The translations under genes were made by a program, and so were the position numbers. The notes below the pieces were generated by a model, which saw only the letters and a list, made by a program, of their open reading frames with translations, was not told where the DNA came from and made no database searches. DNA of 63,128 bases, filler included, from Sphacelaria rigidula (taxonomy: Eukaryota), in the NCBI GenBank assembly GCA_964200075.2. It is 6 parts of 6 records of this genome, joined end to end, with 100 filler letters (N's around TTAATTAATTAA, not from the genome) between each part and the next. Parts side by side here need not be neighbours in the genome. Positions count along the whole stretch, not along the records: positions 42,154 to 52,591 come from CAXNAA020006495.1; positions 52,692 to 63,128 come from CAXNAA020006496.1; 4 more parts are not named here. The stretch is one strand, 5' to 3'. Of the stretch, positions 52,401-63,128 are shown one piece after another (within the stretch, counting starts at the first letter, position 1; each line of letters opens with the position of its first letter).

Positions 52401-52591
52401 CTAAAGGTTGTTTATTTGACAAAAAGTGTGGGAGTTTGCATTTTCTTCACAAAATTTAAGGGGCTCCGTGGAGTGCAGATTCAGTCGATGATCGGTAATA
52501 ACAATTTCTCAGGTAAGTATCGAAGGAAAGAGGAATAGATCGATTGATCTCCGGGCCTACGGGCTCGTGCGGGAGAAGAAGGTGGGGGGGG

Positions 52592-52691
52592 NNNNNNNNN
52601 NNNNNNNNNNNNNNNNNNNNNNNNNNNNNNNNNNNTTAATTAATTAANNNNNNNNNNNNNNNNNNNNNNNNNNNNNNNNNNNNNNNNNNNN
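52592..52691. other. Artificial 100-bp contig linker
   Basis: N-run containing TTAATTAATTAA. Confidence 0.98.
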
Positions 52692-53378
52692 CATCCTGCT
52701 AAGATGGTTCGGCCCAAAGCCTACTGATAATCTTGCATTTGGATGACAGCCTACAATGAATTTCTTTGTTTTCTGGTATTACCACTTCCTGAGACAGCCA
52801 CGGCTTATACACTGCCTCATGGGTGCCTCGGGGGGGAAGGGGGGGGGGGAGTGCCGTCATTTGCCGATATGGGGCCCCTCGGCCCAGCGTGCAGCTGCTT
52901 GACGCTTGGCGTTGTCTCCTGTCTGCCCGAGAAACAGCATTTTGCAAGTTATAGTCTACGGCATAACGGGGAGCAAATCTTGCACGTGTACTTGAAAACA
53001 GGCATGGTAGTGGTTGGCGGGGCTAGTGCGGGACGACCTAGCGGGAATTCGCCGGGAAGCGGCTCGTGTTTCAGCGCGGGCTTGCTGCGGGCCCTTGCGA
53101 ATGTAGGGCGACGGCGATATTACGAGCACGGTTCATGCTTCAATACAACTTTGCGCTCCCGTGCAACAACACATCACCATACCCCGGGTGCGTACGGCAG
53201 AGCTTCGTTTTAGAGCCACTTCTAACAAGGGCTCAGCCGAGACCACTCTGGTCTCACCACCGCAACCCAGGACCGCAACGTCAAAAACACCAAAAATAAA
53301 TTGAAATTGGAAGCGCCCTCGGCACAGGGCAATCCATTAGGTAGTGGAACATGCTTGTATTGGCTCGCAGATTCACAC

Positions 53379-53636
53379 TGTAGCCTCTGCCAGACGATCT
53401 GGACAAGAGGACTATTCACAAGGGACTCCTCCAGTAGCACTGGCCTCGTGCTCGACAAGTCATCTCTTCTAACTTGTTATCATCACGGAGTGATCCTCGA
53501 CAGACCACATCGAGATCCAGACAGCAAGGGGCCACACAGATGAGGGTCATCAGTCCAGGATCCCCTGTCCTCTGCCACTGCTCCAATCATGCATGCGATT
53601 ATACTGAAACCTACGGCTTGATATCAGTTGGCTACA
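53379..53636 (-). repeat. 3' LTR
   Basis: TGTAGCC...GGCTACA, a direct repeat of 57518-57774. Confidence 0.95.
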
Positions 53637-53714
53637 GCACCCCCAAAGCGAGTTCAAGACAAACGAACGAGCTTGACAACCATCAAAAACCAAGACAAAA
53701 CCGTATGCGCCAGA

Positions 53715-54197
53715 TCACAAAGAAATACCATACTCCGACGCTAATATACTTGTCCGCGCTCTAGTCAACCGCACTTTACGCAGTTCCTTCAAAACAAATT
53801 TAGGCGCAGAAGAATGAATCTTGCGAGGAGACTCCCACGTACGTTCTTCACCACCGAACCCATCCCAATCGACCAAAACGATGACATCACCATTGTCATC
53901 CTCAGCGACGGGCACCAAAGCGTTCATCCGGCATTCACCTTGAGCATACGAATGCTCAAACACATCTTTTAGTCCCGCAGTGATGTGCAACTGCGAGTCA
54001 GCATAGAAACGTAAACGAGCAACATGGACCGAGTGTACGGCGCCAGAAACAATGTTCTGCACCGAATACACGTGGGCGTGATCGGCTCCGACTACTCGCC
54101 ACGGACCTGTCCACGCGGACATCAACTTTGGCGTCACACCTTGCCTCCGAACACGGGCATACAATACAAAATCGCCAACTGCAAACTTGAGCAACAC
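53715..54197 (-). pseudogene. Integrase C-terminus (GPY/F-like motif) and chromodomain
   Basis: FAVGDFVL...KLMSAWTGPWRV...HVARLRFY, then VLVDWDGFGGEERTWE. Confidence 0.85.
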
Positions 54198-54221
54198 AGC
54201 CTGGTCCTGAGCAAGCTTGCG

Positions 54222-55358
54222 TTAGGTTTCGCGAGACAACGCGACAGCAGCTTGCACTGCGTTGCAAAACCGTGCTTGCTCGTCAACGACGCCTCGAACC
54301 CTGTCACGCAACGAATCAGCATACATGACATCGACGTTCCACTCGCAGCCAGTGACATAAGCCAGCGCGGAAAATGCTGTACGCAGCGTACGACCGAACA
54401 TCACACAATCCGGAGTGTCACGGTAGCGTGCGCGACAAGAAGTATTCAACGCCCACTGAGCGGCTGGCAAAACATCAACTCATTCAGACACCGGCCGTCG
54501 CTGTTCCGACAAAATAGACCACAACGCACGAATACCCTCTTTCACCATGCGTTCACAAGCACCATTCGACTAAGGGGTATACGCAACAGCAAATTGGTGT
54601 TGCACCTTGAGCGCATCGCTCACCCACGCGATCACTCGATTCTTGAAGCGCGTGGCGGTATCACTAACCCAAACACGCGGCGCCCCCAAAGCCTTGCACC
54701 AATAGAGCAAGTGCTTAGCCGTAACCTCGACGGTGCAAGCCTCGGCGGTGCAAGCCTCGGTCGCCTCCAACAAAGCGAAATTGGACAAATCACCCATGAT
54801 AAACAAAACGTACCGAAAACCATCCTCTTCAGGCAAACCATTAGCACCTTCAGGTCCGCTACTTCCGACGTACAGAAAATCAAAGTGAACAACGTCACCT
54901 GGCGCAGTACCATGCGCAGTATCGCCATACGGACGAGGTACAATATCACCAGCACCGGTGTCTACACAATGCAAACACTGGCAACCGAACTCGCAAACGT
55001 GGGAATCCAAGTGAGGCCACACACAGCATTCTTTCAAACGAAACAGAGTCGGCATCACATCACGGTGACCAGCCGACCGCATGTAAGTGCACACCATCAA
55101 GCGAATTTGTAGAGCCTTATCATCCGATGGAATCCACAAAACATCACTACTGCCAACACGCACGCGAAGCAAACCATCGCCAGCCAAAGCAGCTTGACCG
55201 AAAGTCGTAGGAAAAGTATGAACACTGTCGCCGAATGTTTTGCGCTGCGCAGTACAAATGACATTTAACGAGGGTAGAAAATCATGGGCATCACACGGGC
55301 TGTACACGGCAACAAAACGAACAGGCACGGCAGGAACCTTCACCAAGCGAGACAACAA
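54222..55358 (-). pseudogene. Retroviral-type integrase (zinc-binding region and DDE core), disrupted
   Basis: GHRDV...CLHC, HFDFLYV, WVSDTATRFKN and AYTP*SNGACERM, with a premature TAG at 54570. Confidence 0.9.
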
Positions 55359-55361
55359 ATC

Positions 55362-56369
55362 TTACCAAAACATGCGCTCTCCAGGAATGTGTTCACTGAC
55401 ATACCGATATTGTTGTTGGGCTCCCAGCAACTCCCGCATGTCTTCTTGGCATGGCATCACCCCCGGAGACTGTTCCACTTGCGCGTCCACTCCCTGATAG
55501 TCGCTGACCAAACGGACTGTGTCCCTCTTCGGCACCGCCATCCCCGGACTCGCCCACACAGCCTGAGTATTCCTAACCAACAAACCAAATGCCACCAAAA
55601 CTGCGATGCATGGAGCAAGTCACACGGCCTTCACCGGATCGCAGCGGCGAGGCTTGGCCTTCACAGCCTCCTTCATTGGCTCCACGCGCGCTGGCGGATC
55701 ACCACGCAGCGCATGACGAAACATATCTACGCGACAAGCCCAAATATCGCGCAGACAATGTGCGCCGTCGGCGCTCAGGCCCTCCTGCTCGGCCTGCTGC
55801 ACGCTATCCTCAAGCGCACGTTCTTTCGTACCTCTCTCCTCCACAGGGTCCACGAACATGTCCGGCGCCCAATCGACCGAGCGCTCTACCGCTTCATCCG
55901 CAGGAGCCTCCTCCTCATTGGCGCTCTGAAATGACCGTATGGATACGATCACACGCCTTGCAGCAAGGTAACTGGGGTTTTCCACGCCGGTTTGCACCGG
56001 CACAGCACGCGGGCGTAACTTATCCAACGCCAGCGGGTACGGATCAATCCCGAGCTCCTTCATCGTCTCCATCCCAAATAAAACCACGTTGTCCCTACCG
56101 GAGGTGACAGCGAAAGGAATGGGCTCAAACGCCACAGCCCCCCACGGTGTACGCACGCGAACAGTAATTGGCACCGTTTTGTGTGTAACGGTCACGGGAG
56201 CACCCGTGGCGATCTGCGCCGTTTGCGGTCCGTTATCGAACGGAACCTGAAGCTGAGCGCCACCAAACTGCGAAGACATCTGTTCAAGCAACCCCACACC
56301 GATCGACGTGAGCGTGGACCCAGAATCCAGAATAACGCGGGCCATGAACGAACCTACAGAACCAGGCAA
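55362..56369 (-). pseudogene. Aspartic protease plus RT N-terminus fused to the RNase H C-terminus
   Basis: VILDSGS protease motif. WASPGMAVPK...RLVSDY...MP is joined near 55418 directly to YRYVSEHIPGE..W*DLLSR. Confidence 0.85.
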
Positions 56370-56671
56370 GGTTAAATCTGCGTGTCAGCAGTCAGCCTTG
56401 CGATCGACAGGTACCACGCTCGCCGGAGAACCCTGTTTTAAACTAAGAGTCACCTGACGCCAGGGCTGCCCTCCAGCACTTGGTATCGATAGCTGCGAAT
56501 CGTCGATCCAACCAGATCAAGTCGTTGGGTATGCAGACGGCGCTGAAACAGCCGTCGCAGCCCTAGGGAATGCACTAGACACGGATTCCGCCTGGTCGAG
56601 GGGTTGCGAGCTATTCGCTCCAGCACTCCCCACCGAAGTATTTGCATTTTCCACGTACACTGTCCGCCACG

Positions 56672-57322
56672 CTACGGACGAACCATATGATCGAGGTCAT
56701 CCACCTCAACTATTGTTTTGAACACCACCGTCGGGTTCTTTTTCCAGCCGTCAACAAACGTTAGTACACTTCTAACATACGCCTGGAATTCCGGGGGCGA
56801 AATCCCGTCCACCAAAGCTATAGAAACCGACTCGGCCGGGCCTGGCATCCAACTCCTGTCCTCCGCACGGTACATGGCTTGCACCATCAGGTTTTCTGCC
56901 CAAAACCTTTCCACATGTAAACTGGCGATCATCGCATAGTCCTTGACAAATTCTCCCCCGCTTTGTTTCATTGTAAGTACTCTACGCAGGTCTGCTGCAG
57001 CCCGCGCAGTATCATGCTTTCCGCCGGCTGTAGTATACCCGGCATGCTGCTTCACAGCATCAAGCAATTCATAGGGGGCCATAGCCCGACGGCCCTTGTA
57101 CATATCTTCAAAACACCGATGAATGTATGTGGGGATCAGTTGACCTATGCTCACCCTCTCATGCCTCACAACTCCTATACTATTGGCTAAAATCAGCCTC
57201 TCTGAATAGTGAAGATAAGCGCCATAAAGCGTTCTTGATGCCTCTTCCGTCCATACTTCGCCATACTTGGGCGGTTCTAGTGGCTCACCTAACACCAGCG
57301 GCGCTGCCGCCGCTTGAGCCAT
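56672..57322 (-). pseudogene. gag-like ORF of the LTR element
   Basis: ATG-initiated 216-aa ORF between the 5' LTR and the protease. The assignment is positional. Confidence 0.7.
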
Positions 57323-57517
57323 GTTGTCTATGCTTCAAACACTTCACGGAGAGACTCTTGCCTGACTTGTGCGTCCTTCAGCTCACGAAGCGTCTCCTAC
57401 TTCTGTGCGCTTCAAGCTGGTCTCCTCCTGTCTGCGGGCTAAACTGGCTCTAAGCTGCAGCCAATTTTCTCCTCAGCCAAACTCCTCTAAAAGAGTGCCG
57501 GGAGGATATCTAGATAT

Positions 57518-57774
57518 TGTAACCTCTGCTAGACGATCTGGACAAGAGGACTATTCACGAGGAAATCCTCCAGTAGCACTGGCCTCGTGCTCGACAAGTA
57601 CTTTTTCTCACTTCTTATTATCACGGAGTGATCCTCAATAGGCCACATCAAGAGCCAGATAAAAAGGGGCCACACAGATGAGGGTCATCAATCCAGGATC
57701 CCCTGTCCTCTGCCACTGCTCCAATCGCGCATGCGATTATACTGAAACCTACGGCTTGGTATCAGTTGGCTACA
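57518..57774 (-). repeat. 5' LTR
   Basis: TGTAACC...GGCTACA, a direct repeat of 53379-53636. Confidence 0.95.
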
Positions 57775-57781
57775 ACACCTA

Positions 57782-58076
57782 ACAATATTTTCGTGAGATC
57801 GAGAGTATAGGATACGACGATTAAGAGTAAAAAGTGGTCAATTAGTGAATTAATCGATTCAGTTTCGAAAGGCTCCTCCACGAGGCCTGATTTGCTTTCT
57901 GTAGTAGCTTGCCACCGAGGCCCTCGATATCCCTGAGTACGATATCGACGTGTAGCTGTAAGCACACGGCAGTGATTGAGGCAAAGAAAAGCACAAACCG
58001 AATGACAAATTGGCCATGTTGAAGCGAACGATCAAAGCCACTCTCAATCAGCGCTCTATTCTCACGGAAACGTTGT
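57782..58076. mobile_element. MITE paralogous to 481-875, without the piggyBac insert
   Basis: TIR ACAATATTTTCGTGAGA / TCTCACGGAAACGTTGT, with flanks CACCTA and CACCTG (near-perfect 6-bp TSD). Confidence 0.8.
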
Positions 58077-58524
58077 CACCTGCCGTGTACGTACTGTAGA
58101 CAGGTGCATGAATGTGCAGTCGCGCCGGGACGGACAGAGCAGCAGCTGAGAAGCGAAGTAGCAAGCACACACGCATACAGCTAGTGGTACGTTGCCGCCG
58201 CAGGGGATCAATGCGATGCTCGTCAATATCGGTATATCTCCAGCTGAGTTTAGCTGGTTGCGTCCTTGCGTGGGCGCGGCGCCTGCCAGCAGCAGCAGCC
58301 ACCACGTTGCTGGGTGCGATCAGTACCCATCAGTACCCTGGCGGTGAAGTATACTATCCGGTGCTGAGGCTGCTCCCTTCAGCGGAGCATGGGATCTGAC
58401 CCGGCGGGTTGAGCGGTGTATACCGGCGCTGGTTGTGTGTCTTTACCCAGTCATGTTTGGTATCGCGCCAATGATGGGTCTGGGCAGCGCCTTAGACCCA
58501 TCCTACGAAAGGGGGGGGGGGCAG

Positions 58525-59056
58525 TCATGATCATGCATGTCGTAGTCATGAGACCATTGACCTTGCCTCCCGACAAAGCCGGGACGGAGCACGCCGGGTT
58601 TTCGCCGGGCAAGGCTCGCACTCAACTAACAAGCGCGAAGCGCCGTGGTGTGTTCGACGAGTCGCATGGGGAGTGAGCTGCATCCTGCAGAGATAGTTCG
58701 ACCCGAGGCCTACTGATTATCCTGCATTTGAATGACAGTCTACAATGAGCTGCTTCATTTTCTGGTATCACCACTTCCAGTTACAGCTACGGCTTATACC
58801 CTGCCTCATGGGTATCTCACCATTGAAACACTACGCAGCACGATCATCCCACACCGCACAACATGATCTAGCTCGACTACCATCATAATATTGCAAAAAA
58901 ACGCAAGCACGCAAACAAAAATCGGTAACCTGGTTGCCTAGCTTACGCAGTGAGTGGCGTGTTTTATAGCGTCATCGCCAACCGATGCAAACCCCATCGG
59001 GGGTCCGCCCCTACAAAGCCGGGACGGAGCACGTCGGGTTCTCTCCGGACCAGGCT
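58525..59056 (+). repeat. Dispersed ~500-bp repeat copy with 43-bp direct repeats 440 bp apart
   Basis: Homologous to 15520-16035 (minus) and 52692-52830. CAAAGCCGGGACGGAGCACG.. occurs at 58574 and 59014. Confidence 0.75.
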
Positions 59057-60684
59057 GAGGGTTCTCGCCGGGCCAGGCCGGGGGGGGGCGGAGTATTTTA
59101 TTCAGCGAATCAAGGGGGTCCATGGACGTTGCATACATCTCACGCTTGATTACGCCGCGATGCTGTTATGTTACTCTTGTTGTGCGCCTTGCGGACGGGG
59201 TAGGTTTGGCTGTGCGCGAAGATAATCCTGTAGGGGATCGAAAGGTATCTCTACCTCAAGTAACCGAAACGCGCATATTCTCTGGCAATATCCGAAGCGT
59301 GCACATGGATGAGTGTGGAGTACACACAAACATTTTTTACCAGAGATCTGTCTCTACCAACCCAAACGATCTATGTCTCCTGGATTCGCCCTTTGTGTTC
59401 GAGGGATTCACGACAACACTCCACTCTGGTGGCTCGCACAAACGCAGGTGCACAGCTGCGGAGCAAACGCTATGGGATTACCGTGGTGCGGATGATACGC
59501 GAGGCGTATGTTTGTGTAAGGAATGTATTGGACACATTCATTTACGTTTGCTTTTCGACAGCCGATAAGAAAATCGACCGCAAACCGACCTCACTAGTTA
59601 TCCGACGTGTAGTCGCCTTGTATCTTCAGCCGTCCGCATAGATCACCCTATACATTCAACGGGAAGCCACACCCGCGGCGCACACAGTTGCCCTACGTGC
59701 ACGGTGTGAAATATGTGCGTAATATCACAATAAAAAACCGGCTATAGCCGAGAACATGCCACAAAATAACACCCAAACTATGGCGTTGAGCGACGCCCAC
59801 TCGCCAAGTACAAGGCACCCCGTCAGCGCCATAGCGATCGACCCCCCCTCCCCACGCACTACCATGAGCACGTTGTCATTCGAATTCCTTCTCCTTGCAC
59901 TGTGCACCACGTAAGTACGGTCCAGGCCAACCTTTTCTGCTTGAAAGTGTCCGGCACTCCAGTCCCTTAGGTGTGAGCAGCACACTTGGTACTTGTTCGT
60001 CATCAGAATGGAGCAAACCACGATGTTCTTATCTTTGTGAATTGGCGCCTGCTCCCATTCCCCGTTCAAAGATGGAAATGTCGAATGACCCCTTATCCGT
60101 GTTTCCTCTTCACCCCGCCATGTGCACGGTGATAAATGTTTGCTGACGACGTATAACGAACTACTACTGCAGCAGACAGCAAGTACGGCAACCGCACAGT
60201 TTGGCCGTCGTGTAGTGGTGATCGTTTGTGATGGTCCCTGACTTCCAGAATTTGTTCATCATCCGATAGGGAGTGGGGAATATGTCGAACCATTTCTCGC
60301 ATGAAAAGTACCACTTCGAACCATCGTTGATTGCGCCAACGTTTGCTCGAACGCGCTTGGTACCAAACTGCCTGACATCGTCTTCGCCCTCAAGGCAGGC
60401 GCACCGTGAGTGTGTTAGAGGTCTGACACACCTACTATAAGTCGCTGTTCTTTGGACGATCGAGCACTCCCCCTCCCCCCCCCATCGTATGATCTCTCCA
60501 AAGGCGAGCGGGGCAGAGATGCTGCAAGAAAGGTCAGCCCCAAACTCGCCTGGGACTGTGTATCACCAATCCTTTACCTACACGCAACACTCTTACGTAC
60601 GAAGGACTGACTCTGACGTCGTGAACGAAGTCGGGACTAGTCATTGTACTTTGTAAATAGTGTGGGGACGATGTCCCGACAGAA

Positions 60685-61190
60685 ATGCTACGGTAGGGGT
60701 GCACTTTTTGCGCGAATGAATGTTTGGTTCAGGGGCTCCTAAAGATTCTAAATGCACAAGAACATGGATCAGGGCACCCTCGTTTGCAAATTCATTTGGG
60801 ATATCCCTAGCACGTTGGACTAGTAATCCTAGCGTACTCTCACATATTTCAAAAGTCGTGTTTTGGATGAGATGAAGGGCTCCTAACACTTCGAACCTCA
60901 GACTAATGCCGAGATAGCCCCCCCACAAAAAGTGCACCGGAGGCCGTCCGACAAACCGGCTGCGATCCCACTATTTGGCTCGTTTTTGCAGCACTTTCGC
61001 CCACAAGAGAGGCGTGTAGCAGTCCGAAATCAGCTATGACGCCCAAATGAGTCGCGTCGTGCCGCACGAAACCAGCTTTAACGGCATTTATTTATGATTG
61101 TCGTCTCCGTGCACTTTTTTGGCCGGTTCGGGGGGGGGGCTATCTCGGCAGCAGTCCTCAGAAAATATTTGTGCACCCCTACCGTAGCAT
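60685..61190. mobile_element. MITE family A with a perfect 20-bp TIR, hosting a nested MITE
   Basis: ATGCTACGGTAGGGGTGCAC ... GTGCACCCCTACCGTAGCAT. Confidence 0.9.
60902..61155. mobile_element. 254-bp MITE with 6-bp TSD CCTCAG
   Basis: TIR ACT(AA/GC)TGCCGAGATAGCCCCCCC. CCTCAG is duplicated at 60896-60901 and 61156-61161 but single in the uninserted host copy (35-40). Confidence 0.9.
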
Positions 61191-62579
61191 CCCTTCCGAG
61201 TTTTCTTCATGCTACGCTCCGGGCGACGTCCTCCAGCAACGGTGCCGCTTGAATTGGAGTCGTGTTGAAGCTTTGTCCGCGCTGCTCTTGGGTTGACAAC
61301 TGTAGACCAGTCTTCCTCGCGAAGCAACGCCGGCAAGGAACCCGGTCCGTCTCCGCCGCTGGAGATAAAACGAAGGAGAGTTGAAGCTGTGCACAATATT
61401 TCAGGCCAAGGGCTCTGCCCGCCTAACGTCAATGCAGTACCAGGGATAAACAGGTATTCTATGCTTTTGTAAAAATGCATCAGGCGGAGCGGCACTCGCA
61501 GGGTTACGCCGAGCTTGGCGACGAGGTCCACGCCACCGTCGGGCGATCGTCTCTGTATGTGACGTCTGCAAAAGAGTTTTGTATATATCGGCCTCGATGC
61601 TGGCGTGTCCTGTGTTGACCTCCATGTGCATCGCGCCGATCGCCGTGTGTAATGCTTTCATCCTGGCACAGAGCAGATTCACATAAAGGGGCAACATCAC
61701 ACACCGATTCACATCGTCGATAAGGTGATAATGAGGCGTGTGTGGAGCCGTCCATGGCAAGGGGTTATACACCGCGCAGTAGCATTGGCTTGCGGATTGT
61801 GTCCTCTACTTGCCACCTGTTGAAACGAACCAATAACACCAAGCGCAATACACTTGCTTCTGGTTCATGATAAACACATCGCATCGCCGCCGTCAATCAA
61901 TCCGCCGACAGGTATATGCTCGTGTTCGTCGATCCCACGGTACTGTTCCGTATGTGCAGTATACGCACAAACAAATTAATGTGGTTTGACCGACAGCAAT
62001 TGTTTTCACGAATAGCACTAACCATGTACAGGTAGGCCATATGCACCGACGCTAAGAGGCGACTCTGGAGTTATCAGGTGTCAACCCCCCCCCCCCTCCC
62101 ATCCCCCTCCCCGCCCCACCCTCCCCGACACCCGGAACCGTGTCCCCTTGCCTCTCAGGATACTCCCTCTCACTCACGTTCTCTGTTGCCCCCTCGATGG
62201 TGAGTGGATAACGTTCATCGTTGTTACCGCTTCCGCCTGAATTGCTCCCTGCCCCGTGATGTTCTTGTCATCACCGGCCGCGGGATCGTTCCGCTTAACG
62301 GCGATGAAACTCTCGTTTTCGATAAACCACTGACAGGTAATATATGCTGCTACGATAGAGACGGCGTCACAGCGAGCCCTTTCCCCCGCAAGAGTGTATT
62401 CCTGCCGAATCGGGGGATAGAGCACGTTTCATCACCCGGTCACTGACGACGCATTGTATCGTATGCAACAATATGTGCTCCAAACGTGTAAGCGAGGGAA
62501 TGGGTCCATCCACGATAGTACAGGCGTAACGCTTCACTCTCAAGCCTTACGTACGGATGATCGATGATCTGACCTAAAA

Positions 62580-62832
62580 ACTTTCTACGATAGCCCCCGC
62601 CCCCCCGTCAAAGCCGGCCCAAAAGTGTCGCGAAAAATATTATCATAAAGTGCCTGATGTTTGGATTCAGGCTGCACGAAGGGCCTCATATGGGTGATAT
62701 CGGCGAGAACGAACCCAAGCGTGGGAATTCCCAGCTGCTCGTTGTTGTGCTCGGTGTTTTCCATTTCGATTTACGTGAAGGTTTTGCTTCCCAAAACCAG
62801 GGATATTTTTGGTGGGGGCTATCGTAGGAATT
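62580..62832. mobile_element. ~253-bp MITE (TIR ACTTTCTACGATAGCCCCC)
   Basis: Inverted termini at 62580-62598 and 62814-62832. The right half matches 77-198. Confidence 0.75.
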
Positions 62833-63128
62833 GTCCCTGCTATACAAAATGCGGTGTTTCGCCCTCTTCTTGTCGTGCAACACCGCTTGACTGACCCCCC
62901 GGGAGAAGCGGAATATTCCCAATCGAGGGAGTACATATTTTGTGGGAGCGAAAGAATTTCCAATTGCATTATGGCATGACAGTAAATGGAATCACACATG
63001 AATTACGGTACATTTGAGATGAGCACCGAACAGAACCGGAACAGCTCAAAGCTTGGAACGTGTGACGGTTTAAGAGACAACCAACTAGACTACTGACGAG
63101 TCAGCGCTGACTTGTCAGTAGTCTAGTT

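Larger units (their letters stand above)
53379..57774 (-). mobile_element. Ty3/gypsy chromodomain-containing LTR retrotransposon, internally deleted (4396 bp)
   Basis: LTRs at 53379-53636 and 57518-57774 (TG...CA, roughly 90% identical by hand count) with 4-bp TSD ACAC. A short G-rich PPT-like tract sits at 53637-53648. The order on the minus strand is gag-PR-(RT/RH deleted)-INT-chromodomain. Confidence 0.95.

Noticed and set aside
54024..56107. Long plus-strand ORFs (362, 216 and 172 aa)
   Set aside because: Antisense to the retrotransposon pol, a codon-bias shadow.

Overview
Eukaryotic, intron- and transposon-rich DNA of about 50% GC. The gene style and repeats suggest a brown alga (Phaeophyceae) or a related stramenopile; this is inference. 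The window is not one locus. It is six length-sorted contigs (10439, 10438, 10438, 10438, 10438 and 10437 bp) joined by 100-bp N linkers carrying TTAATTAATTAA, so nothing can be inferred across the gaps. Host genes reconstructed by hand: a complete 7-exon mitochondrial ATP synthase gamma gene (303 aa, contig 1), the 3' two exons of a CW zinc-finger gene (contig 2), one exon of a CCA-adding tRNA nucleotidyltransferase (contig 4), and four 3' exons of an uncharacterised protein with lipoxygenase-like metal-ligand motifs (contig 5). The rest is mostly mobile DNA: an internally deleted chromodomain-bearing Ty3/gypsy LTR element with both LTRs and a TSD, a CACTA/Plavaka-like transposase fragment with an apparent BAH domain, a Tc1/mariner derivative carrying a PHD-like finger, and many nested MITEs (piggyBac-, hAT-, Harbinger- and mariner-type, plus a family with 6-bp TSDs). 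The best leads are a gapless 300-nt hairpin with a 4-nt loop (pre-miRNA or hairpin-RNA candidate), the BAH-containing transposase and the lipoxygenase-like gene. No CRISPR array, rRNA or intact tRNA was seen.
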